Positions 54,025-64,000 of a stretch of 64,000 nucleotides of DNA are shown here, piece by piece. Under the pieces are notes generated by a model. It saw only the letters and a list, made by a program, of their open reading frames with translations. It made no database searches and was not told the DNA's origin. A program made the position numbers and the translations under genes. Each line of letters starts with the position of its first letter. The first letter of the stretch is position 1. The DNA comes from Raillietiella orientalis (taxonomy: Eukaryota): the NCBI GenBank assembly GCA_036172245.1, contig JAYWIR010000002.1, positions 3,782,001 through 3,846,000 of the forward strand. The letters are read 5' to 3'.

Positions 54025-56304
54025 ACGAGTTGGAAGGTAGTGTAAGACTTCATTTGCTATAAAGTTAGAATCTCTGTTATTTCGACACTGCAAATAGCAG
54101 GCATTGTATTGGGTATGAAAAAAATTATAACATTGGAAATATCTAAAAAGGGACTTACCTCAATACAATGAGCGGAATTCGCATATTCGATGATCTATTG
54201 CTTATCTCACTGTAAGTTTTCTTTCCTCGAATTAAATTTAAATTTCACCATCTCATTTAATAAAGTTGTTAATCATTACCGAACAAGAATATATTTAAAA
54301 GATAAATAAGCCGCAATACTTATTCATATTCACCATCACCGAGACGGAATATTACATGTTTTCATGATAATGTTTACAGCTCGCTCTTGAACATCCAAAA
54401 ATGGGTATACTGTTTACATTCATTCACCATTCCAGTGACGACTTGGCTGGAGCTTTTCACTATTTTAAATCAAAGTTCATATCGAGTTCTTTAGTTGAGC
54501 TCAGACTCGAACACACTTCTAGATAAAGGGGCTGTATAAAACAAAAAGCAAACTGTTTGGTCACTCAGCTATTGTGAAATTCCATGACTTCGTTGCAGAA
54601 AGACGCCTCCTTTTTTATTGGACATGCCCGCAATCCTTGCCCAGAACAGTGTTTGGAAAAAGAAACTTGTCATGAAAATCATTCGAGGAAGAAGAGAATT
54701 CACGTGTTGCGGGAATATTTATTATAATGAATGAACAGAGACTATTGTGTCCAGATAAACGGAAATGTTGCATATTGATATTCGCAGAAAGAGGTGTACC
54801 AACTGCGATTGGTGAGTTGAAATATTTCTCTGGTAATTCGAACTGCACAATCCCACATCATCAGAAGAGGAAATCTGAGTACGCAATTGACCTTTTAAAA
54901 CATGTCTTTTCATTCTCTAGGAAAAGTAAGTGCACAATGCTGACTCTCCTTGAGGAGCAGATGAACCCAGGGGAATACACTTATTTGGAAAAGGAAGCGG
55001 AAGACAGTAGTGTTCTTTGACAGAGAGAGAGTGGGGAGAAGTTTCCTCCTCTATGGACCTGAGTATCCCATTTGATAATATTGCTCATGGGAACAGTTTT
55101 TCTTCAGCCTCAGAGATCATGGAGACGTCCAGAAGCACCACGATCTGGAATGCAAAAAGCGCATCTGGAAAATTGGGAGTATCCTTTCTCCTCCACTTTC
55201 GGCGAACCGATTCCCACGCAAAGGAAGGAGTGCATTGAAAGAGAATGAAATTCTTACCAGCTTCCAGACGACTTCATCACAGGGCAACCCGAACGTTCTG
55301 CTCTCGAGATCGTCTGCCCCGAGGGCAGCTCTGTAAAAAAATTCCTTTCCTCCGATTTGCACGCCTTCAGGGCAGCTGGATCTCTGCCTTCCAAGCTCAG
55401 CTTCCTCATACCAAAAATGCATCACGCCTCGGATTTCTTTTTGGTTGGGAGGAGGCTCTCCTGATCAATCTAGCTGTTCAACCCTTTGCCAGCTGAGGAG
55501 TGGTGCTCCGAGCGTTTCTTTCTCAATCTCTCCCTCCTCTCCTCGGATGGATCCGCAGCAGACTTCCGACCTCTGGGGGGAGCCCTCTCGCACCCTCAGA
55601 GTGCAATTTTCTCGCCTTCCTTCCCACAGAGTGGATCCCTCTGTCCATTCTCGATAATCCAGCAGAGAGAGGAACAGACTCCTACCTCCGGAGCTTTCCT
55701 GGATTAATTAGGGAGTCGTTACGGGGTTGTCCTCCAACAGGGTTACATTGCGTGAGGTCGAATGATGAGCTGCTGGACCAACCTACAAGGCGCTGCGCTC
55801 CTCTTCGAGCTGCTGAGTAGGGATGAGGACCTCGGCTTGGAGGAGCAAGGGGGGGAAGAATTTTTCTTTTGTCCCTCCCCTCTCCATCTCTCGAGGACAC
55901 GGAGCTCCAGCAAGATGCAACTAGAGGTTCCCCTCCGTAGGTTGGTCCGAAGGTACGCGCAACCCCGGCAACCCCGAACGCCCTCGGCGGCAGGGTGACG
56001 GAGGGAGCGCCAGGTTCCACACAGCCGCTTCCCCTCCGAAGAGGGTCCGGAACGCCCTCCCCAGCTCGGCCAGTCGCGGATCGGGCACACGCTCACAGAA
56101 TCGCAATCGTACATCTGCTCGCACTGTACCGTGCGGTTCACGAAACCCAAGTACGGCGAGAAATTCCGCTCCGATTGAAAGGAAACGAGGAGCGCGTGGC
56201 GGTCCTCATCCCCAGTCTTTCCTTTCCCCGTCCCTTTCTTCCTCTCGTCTGCCGTTCCTCCCTCCCTCCCTCTGGAGCCTCTTCTGCAGGGAGGTCTCTC
56301 TCCC

Positions 56305-57940
56305 GCGTCGGAGGTCTCCCTGCGGCTGTGGCTTGCCAGGCGTCGCAGGTTCGAATCCCGCCCCATGGAAGAGTCGACGTCAAAGAGATGGGAGGTGCGT
56401 CGTGGGTTTCGAGTTCCTCCAGCATGCTGTTCATATCACTATTCCAAGATGACGCTGGTTGGCCTATTCGGGTAAGGTGGCACTGATTGACATCCGGTCA
56501 CGCCGGGAGTTTATTTACAAAATGAACATACACGCCTGTGGCAGGACGTTTGATTCTGCCACGTTACTTATAACTACGAGAAGGAACCTGCCGGGAGCTG
56601 GCACGCAGGCCAGCGGGTTCGCCTCGGCAGCACAGGGGAAGTAGAGACAAACAAAAACATAAAATAAAAAATATATAGTCAAAAAATGGGGGGTTAGGAA
56701 GGGATCACCGGGTGCTGGAGAATGTCCTCTGCATCCTTGTAAGGATGCCAGAAAGTTCTTCATGCTGTTCTGTTACTGTTCCAGGACGCTAAAGGTCCAC
56801 TTCATCTCCTCCGGAGGTATGCTCCCTTATGTGCAATTCCTTGGGGTAGGACACCCGGGTTCTCAGTTGTCCGTCACCTTCCGAGTTGCCCGTGCCCCCA
56901 GAAGTTTTGTCTTCGCTGCTATGCATCATTTCCTACCATTGGCCTAAGATGATAGGAATTTCTTCGGGCTCTTTCCCTGCTCACCTCATGAAGAGGACAG
57001 CAAAATAGATGGCGTCCCTGTCGTTGTGGCCTCTGGCGTTGCTCCATGCAGCCACGATACCGTACGTGGGTGAGGGCTGTGGGAACCCTGTTATTCGGCA
57101 TGGGTCCAGAAAACCTCTCGAGAAGTCAACTGGAGTTGCAGTTCCATTCGCTACAGCATCAGGAGGACTAGACCTAGGGGGCGGCATTGGCGGAAGCCGA
57201 AAACCCCTGTTGAGAGGCCGGGATTGGAAGCCGACCCTCCGGGCTCTTTCCAGGAGTCGAGGAGCACCTCGACGTTCCCCAATATGGTTGCGAAAATGGA
57301 GCTGTTACCTCTCCCTCGGGGGAGATCCTCCATCGCGTGCCATGGAGCTTGTGGCTCGATGTCTCTCCAGAGCGTGAAGAAGCGCGTTGCTCTTTTCGGG
57401 GAGCGGTCCTTCAGAAAAATTGGGAAACACCCCTTCGGAGTTCTCTTCAGAAGAGGGAACAAGGATCGCCCTTATTGAGGGTGCCCTCCGGAGAAGCAAT
57501 GAGGAGTGGGTGCCTCCGTAGAGAATAAGGAAGCGGTTCTCCTTCGGGTTCCTTTCGAAGACAACCAGGAGGAGGGTTCACCTTCGGGACTCCCTACCGA
57601 GCGTAAGAGAAACGGACTCCTTCCTCCTCCCTTCTTCCTTCCCCCTCCTCCTGTGAGTCGGAACCTTATTGGACTCATACGGCGGTCCTCTACAGGGGTA
57701 CCTGCTACAACTTGAAGAGTTACACGCACCCTTGGGTGGCTTGGACGAACAGTGTTAAAGAGTTTCGTAAGCCGCTAGGCAACCGACGGTTCTCGAGGTA
57801 CTTAAGGAACAAACAACACAAAAAAAAGAAAACCGGAAAAACAGAAGGAAAAAAAAGAAAATCCCCAAACGTGCTTCAAATCTGGACCGCGGAATCCCTA
57901 AGCAACTGCTCCAATAAAATGCCATCCAACAACAACAAAA
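56305..57940 (+). mobile_element. SINE copy B, split by an antisense LINE (SINE parts 56305-56486 and 57180-57940)
   Basis: Perfect B box GGTTCGAATCC near 56348, then the core. The body resumes at 57180 colinear with copy A and ends CAACAACAACAAAA. Confidence 0.8.
56487..57179 (-). mobile_element. 5'-truncated LINE nested in SINE B
   Basis: HPYKDAEDILQHPVIPS*, hairpin 56538-56562, AATAAA and terminal CCGGCGTGACCGGATGTCAA; degenerate TSD GGTGGCACTGA/GGCGGCATTGG. Confidence 0.8.
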
Positions 57941-58812
57941 TCCTCCAACTTGGTCAATACCGACGTGGATTGACATGGGCAACCAGCTGGACCCGATAAA
58001 ATTCTTGGGCCAGTTGGAAGATAGAGTACGAATAACACACGAATCTGCTCGACAGCTTCGGTGCTTCTTGTTTCGGAGTTCTGAACATTTTTTACCCGTG
58101 GGGAAAGGCTTGCCTGCGTCTGACTACTGTTTCCTCTGTGGGCTGCATCCTCGAACCTCTTCCCCGCAAATCCAGCGGTGGACTCCTCACCGTTTGCGGA
58201 CAAAGCTCTTCAGAGAAGACGAAGTAGGAACGTGATTTCACGATACGAGTCCAGATAACTCGAGATAACTGTTTGCAAAATTCTCCCTTCCTCCTTCCTG
58301 ACATATCCTTTATTTTGATTTTATTTTTTCTTGAACTGCCTCGTCATCGATCAGCACTCGCCAAAAATGATGTTAACCTCCCATCCATGGCAAATCAGCA
58401 GCGGGAATGCTGGGAACAAGCGTAGATTTCTTTGAAGACGGTAACGTCAAGTTCTTTAGAGAAACTGATACCCTGCATGTGTATGGAAATGTTTCCTGTC
58501 GTCCCCACCCGATGTCTCTCTGCTGCTTCTTTACGTGCCGCTGCAAGCGCTGAATGTGTGAAGTGTAAGAAGCGACTGCTTCGACGGCTGGTGGAAAGAT
58601 ACTTTGTTTCTCATGTGCCGAATTTATTTGTGATGTTCGCTCTTCTCAAACCAACCTGTACTGAACGTCGGAGGATCTTGTCCGGTTCATGTTGGTGCGT
58701 TCCCACTGCTGACCTTTGCGCTGGAGCCTTCTTTCTTCCGATTGTGCTTTGTTCCAGCATCAAGGGCTGAAGATCTGGTTGCCCCAATTCCATTCCCACT
58801 ACTGTGTTTTTG

Positions 58813-60309
58813 CTATTCCAGCTGGAGTTTCAGCTGCCGTTGCTGTTGTTCCAGGTGCTCCCTGAGAATTCGGGACTGCTCTTTTAGCAGCATCTCTGTT
58901 TTTCTTTGTTGTTCACTGAAGTTCTCCTGGAATACTCGCTGATGTTCTAGGATTATTTGTTGATATTCTTGTTGTTGCTTTAGAATTTCCTGCTGTTGCT
59001 CACGTTGATGCTCTTGGAGTTGTAGATATTTTTCCTGTTGTTGAGTCAGAAGTATCAATTGCTGTTGATCCAGATCCTGCTTCTGTTGCAGCTGCTGTTT
59101 TTGTAGCTGTTCCAGCAGTTCTCGTTGTTGCTCTTTGAATCTTTGCTGATGTTGTTCTTGTTGTTCTGCAAGTGTTCTCTGGTATTCGCGTAGTTTTTGT
59201 AGAATGCCTTCTTCATAATTTTGCTGCTTTTGCTGTAGATTCGCTTGTTCTTCTGCTTGCTGTCTTTCAAGCTTCCTCTGCTGCTCTTCGACTTCTTGTC
59301 TCAGGCTATGCTGCTCCGCTCGCTGTTTCTGTTCAATCTGCTGCTGCTTGCTTCTCAATTGTTGTTGCTGATCATTTATTTGCTGTTGTAGATCACGTTT
59401 GTGCTCCTCTAGTTTCTGCTTCAGCTGCTGTTGCTGCTCTGCAAGTCCTTCCGTCAGCTTCTCCTTTTGTTCCAGAAGCAGTTGTTCTTGGGATTCAAGT
59501 TGCTGCTTCAAATCACGTTCCAGCGTCTCTAAGTCCAACGCAAGCTGTTCTTTCTGTTCCAGCAGCTTCTGTTCCAGCTGCTTTTCTTGCTCTTCTATCC
59601 TGTGTTGGAGTTCCCTCAACTGCTCGGCAAGCTTTTGCTCCAGCGGTCTAGTTGGATCTTGAGGTAGCACAACGGCTTCTCGTTTCTCACGATTACTCGA
59701 CGTCTTAAGCAGTAAAGCACTCCTCAGCTTTCTCAAAAGTACCAATTTCGTATTCAACACTGAGCAGGTGGTTGCATCTGGCGCCACCGTCCTTTCGGCA
59801 CCATCGGTGTACTCCAGCGCGGCTCCTTCCTCGGGATCAAGACTGCTTTCCCTGATTCGTGGTTAGTCTTCCGGCCGAAAGAGGGCACGTGCACTCACCT
59901 CACGAAAACCCACCTCGGAGCGTCTCCGGACTTTTCTCCGCCTCCAATCGGTGAATCGCAGCTGCAGTGGATCACTAGGGAACATCCGAGTCAGGTCGCA
60001 GCTACGGGTCCAGGAACGGCACGCGAGCGAATCCGCTCAAAACGGCACGTGCAACCGCTCGCGAGTTTCGTGCGCTGCCGGCGTCGCGTCCAACTCGCCC
60101 ACTCTCCATCGTCGAAGAGCGCGCCTGCCTCCCCCCCGATAGGCCGCAAAGCCCACCTCGCGCCTCGGCTGATGCGCAGTCCCCGTTTGGGCGAAGGGCT
60201 GGACGTCCACCCGAATGTCACGAAACAGGAAGGGCTTCCCTGCGCCACGCTCGTACTCACCGCTCCCGGCGACGAAGAAGGCCAGGGCCAAGAAGCGCTG
60301 GGGCTGCAT
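58813..60309 (-). CDS. Secreted Gln/Glu/Leu-rich coiled-coil protein (~387 aa); exons 60309-60261, 59974-59899, 59851-58813
   Basis: Two GTGAGT donors; intron 2 has an ACTAAC branch site; phases match. Signal-peptide-like MQPQRFLALAFFVAGSVIHCSC, an REKR site, then ~285 aa of Q/E/L heptad-like sequence. Confidence 0.8.
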
Positions 60310-60899
60310 GGTTGTTGGGTTATCGGATTCCGCTGCAAGTTCTTCTGCCTCCCGAGCGGCTGGCCACGTCACCTGCAAGAAAACAGTCGGTGAATGGAAG
60401 CCAAAGGCACACGTCGAGCGCTCGGTAAGCCAGAAGATTGCGGGGTTCGCCTGACTAAGTTGACGGCTTTCGGATGCGGGCAAAGGGCGGTCTCTGTCTC
60501 TGATGCTCTTCGAGTTAGCCCACGCCGTGAAGACCGGTCCTTGCTTGCAGCGAACACGCGACCGTACACCGGCAAACACAGGATGGCTCCAAGGAAGAAC
60601 GTTCTTTAGGGTCAGCGTGGCGGGACAGAAGGCGAGTGCGGTGATTGCCGTTCGTGGGTGGAGCGGATCAGTCACTCCCGGAAGTTCCGCTAGATGGTGG
60701 GAGCGTTCGGATTCCAACGGCTACGGCGGCGCAAAGAAGGGATTCCAACGGATGGCACCGGTGCATTTCAGCGGAGAAAGGCAGTGTGAAAAGTCGTCGA
60801 AGGTTCTTCTTGCTGTCTGACCCCGAGCAGCGTCTCGCTCAGCAAGCAGCTTCCTCGCTGTTGCCGGTACTCCAGCGAAGAACGTGCGAATCGTGGCGC

Positions 60900-61950
60900 T
60901 TCCTGAATCCCACTTGTGGGACACGTAATCTCGAGAGGCTACCTCGTTCCTCTTACAGCGGAATGAACGGCCGCCTCTTGATGAAATACGAGTTTCTCCA
61001 GGTGGTAAATCAACTTTCACTTGCCGCTTTTCTCGACGTCTCGTGATGCTGCTCTTCAGACCTTGGCCGACGCTTCCGACATCCCTCTTCGGGTTGCCTC
61101 AGCTCGTCCTTCTTCTGTACTGCTTGCTGCGGTTTTCAGACGTTGAATCGGAAAAGAAAACGACGGGATGGTGCACGTCTTGCAGCCGCGGCTTGCAAGC
61201 AGCCTCCATCGGAGGTGTTGTTGACGGTCGTATCGCACCTCAGCGCACGGCAGTGCACGAGTGCGACGAGCATCTGCATCTTCCACGCCACACACGAGCT
61301 CTGCACTTCGATAACACGGGTTTTCGTCTTTCTTCCTCCGAGGAGTAGCTATGTGGGGCTGGAAAGCGCGGATGCTGCGATACCCGCGTTGCGTAGAGAC
61401 CGGATGAATGGTCTCGCGATCACAACTGCCCTCGCTGCCTTTGCACTCGAGCGAACTCAGCCATTCACACCCTGACTGCTTCATCGGTGCCGCGGAAACT
61501 GCGCGCGATGCCTCATTCTCCAGAGAGACACTCTGGGGATGGGATGCGGCGTCGGACGGAACTTTCTCGTGGTTTCGCGAGATGCCGAAGGAGAGGCAGC
61601 GGCAGGGAAAGGAGGGCAACGGAAGGAAAACTCACCTCTGGTCTTCGGAGATCACTAGGGAGCACCGGCAGTGCGCGCGGCTGGCAGGCCTCAAGGTGAT
61701 GTCTTTTGTACGCTGCTGCCGGCTCTGCACCTGCTCAAGGCCGCGCGGTTTTTCTTCGACACCCTTTTGCGCACGAACCATTGGCTTCCGCTGCGCCACC
61801 AGAAGCCCTCCATTCGCCTCTTCGAGGCAAGGTGGTATCGGATTGGCCGCTTTCGGAATTCCATGATTCTGAAACCCCGGCTACCACTCTCATGCAGATG
61901 AGAAAGGAGATCAAGAGATGGAGAACTCTTCCGAGCTGACGTCCGTGGAT
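60900..61950 (+). mobile_element. Decayed Ty3/gypsy-like pol relic (RT-RNase H)
   Basis: Frameshifted motifs in pol order: xD.ICIFHATHE (YxDD region), SRETLWGWDAASDGTFSWF, LRTNHWLPLRHQKPSIRLFEARW...LSEF...PGYHSHAD. Confidence 0.45.
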
Positions 61951-62169
61951 GGAACTTGAGGCCATGGCCTCCGCGACAGGTGCAGCAGGGGCCTGCAAAA
62001 GGGGGAAAAAGCTTCGCGGCTGCATACCGAGGCAGGAGATTAGCTTCTTTGCGCATCCCGGAAAATAAATCTCTTAATGACGCCTTTCATGATGGATGTC
62101 ACTACCGGAACACGTCAGGCCACCATCCTGCGTTCGCAGTTCGTGGAAGGGGTGGAAGGATTTTTCTCT

Positions 62170-63900
62170 CCGTGCTCCTCCTCCAATCATCTCGCTGACT
62201 GCCTCTGCGAGGTTTTTTTCCCCAGCGATGGCAAGAAACGCCCCCTCGCCCCCCTTCTTTCCCAGGATAACCGGTTCCTTCTTGCGGCGTTTCTCAACCA
62301 TGCTCCTCGCTCCCAGTCCCGGTTTCCTGATGAGCCCCCGCTTCCCCCAGGAATCGGGAGCCGCATCTCGAGTGCAGTTGCGCCCACACGCACGCGCACG
62401 CGGAGGAGCTCTTCCGGCGAAGACGAGCTGCGCCTTCGTAGCTGCTGGACGCCGGAGGGGGAAGAAGAACGGAGGAGGGGAAGATTTCTGGATCGTCGTC
62501 TCGATCCGGAAGCGGACCACGGCAACATCGGAACAAGGTCTTCCCCCTCTTTCCTCTACCCTCCCCCCCTTGCTTCCCCTTCTCCCCAAGGAATCCTGCG
62601 TCGAGGCACCGAAGAGGCCAAGAGTTGGCCGTGCACGAAGCAGGGAAGGGCGAGCAGGGACTTTCCAGCAGTCAGTCGAGCGGTGGATCCAGCGGCCGCT
62701 CACCCTGAGCGCCATCGATGACTACGCGATGCTGTTGGTAGCGATGGTCGGTGGTAGACTGGGTGACTGACTGTGCCGGCGGCGCTAGTGGTGGTGCCGC
62801 ACGTCGGTCTGCGCGAGCCGCAGTCGGCAGCGAAGCCATGCGATGCAGCCGATCGAGCGGCTTCCGCGTGCAGCCTGCGGGCAGAGTGAGCGTCGCGAGA
62901 TAAAAGCAGAGACCGCGCGCAGAATGCTTCTGTCGAGCAGCCGGGATGCACCATCGTACGGGGAAGTACGTGTACACGTGCCAGATCAGGTCTCCCGGTC
63001 GAGGGAACGGCGCGACTCCTTCCGGCTACTGACGAAGGCGCGAGGTCTGAGAAAGCGGGGGAAGTCCGGTCGGGCTGGCCTCGGTGTGGATCTCTCGTGG
63101 AGCCAGGAGGCAGTGAAAGCTATGGCCGTAGGTCACGAAGACCAGTCCGGAGATGCTGCTCTCCTCCTGGCATCTCGGAAGAGTCCCGACCTTGGAGGAT
63201 GAACCGAAAGAGGCCTTCTCGGACCACCGTCTCACGGTCAGCAGCGGCGCGGTCCTCCCCATGGAAGACGGGCGGAAGCCAACAGCCGAATACCTCGTCA
63301 AGGGGGACTCCCGCGGGGCTGGTCATCGAACCACACAGCCGGAGAGACAAACCTCTGCTTCAAACCACTCCGGTGGGCGGAGCCTCCCTGCTTTTCTGTG
63401 GGGAACCGGCGGTGCTGCCGCTCCTTTTCCCCTGCTTGTGCTCAGCTCCGTGCTGCTGTCCTCGAGGCGGAAACCCGCGCGATGGTGTTCTTCGCGCACT
63501 GAGGACTCCCGTGCAGTGGTCCCTGGCAACACTGGAACGAGGGAGGGAAGGGGGAGAGCGTATCGTTAGGTTGGAGTGCTGGTGGGCAAAGACGTTCTCG
63601 CGCTCGTTACAGAACCGCCGCGGCCGCTTCCGGAGGGAACCAGAGTTGACCGCAGAGCGCATCTTTCTCACTTGAGCGGACGCGTCCGGAGGAGCCGCCA
63701 ACGCGCGTCAGGTTCTTGAGCCCACGGATGCTTTCTCTCCCCCCTCCGGCCTCCCAGATTGCAACCGAGCGGCTGAGACGATCTGCTCGCCGCTTCTCAG
63801 CGCTCAGAAAGCCTCTCATGACAAGAAGGAACCTCCCGTTTCCGTAAAAGGAAGTGAGAGAGCAGCAGGAAATAAGGGGAGTGGGGATCCCGCCGATCCC
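62170..63900 (-). mobile_element. Decayed LINE ORF2 fragments (linker and RT N-terminus)
   Basis: RGAWLRNAARRNRLSWERRGARGRFLPSLGKK; WLPPVFHGEDRAAADRETVVREGL...SSEMPG; LLAPREIHTEASPTGLPPLS. These resemble L1/Tx1 pre-RT motifs; many stops and frameshifts. Confidence 0.45.
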
Positions 63901-64000
63901 TACCGTGCTTTCCTCATGTATGTGTTTTTTTTTCATCTTAATCTTCGCCAGCTGCTCCCGTTCTCCTCTCCTTGGCAGCGCTCAGCTCAGCCGCCGGGGA

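Noticed and set aside
56305-56365. Functional tRNA gene
   Set aside because: A B box is present but there is no convincing cloverleaf; it is the head of a dispersed SINE.
58813-59787. Retroelement gag/ORF1 interpretation of the coiled-coil ORF
   Set aside because: It has spliced upstream exons with a signal peptide, and no zinc knuckle, LTR or linked pol on the same strand.

Overview
Eukaryotic (metazoan-like) genomic DNA in two sharply different compartments. The GC-rich compartments (~1-36.6 kb and ~55-64 kb) are full of decayed retroelements and hold the 3' half of a long-intron Na+/Ca2+ exchanger gene (+), PCNP (-) and an unrecognised secreted Gln/Glu-rich coiled-coil gene (-). The AT-rich island (~36.6-55 kb) is gene-dense in its right half, with ~35-50 nt introns: SDE2 (+), YIF1 (-) and AK7 (-). 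The most novel-looking signal is a retroelement pair: an L1/Tx1-like LINE family whose 3' end carries a sequence-variable but structure-conserved hairpin plus a terminal CCGG hairpin, little or no poly(A), 14-15 bp TSDs starting ACC and a 25-bp micro-insertion, together with a ~1 kb tRNA-headed SINE that is joined to this LINE at the same nucleotide twice. Also notable: SDE2 and YIF1 overlap through their stop codons, AK7-YIF1 spacing is operon-like, and a LINE appears to interrupt an exon. All alignments and splice models were made by eye, so repeat boundaries are approximate.
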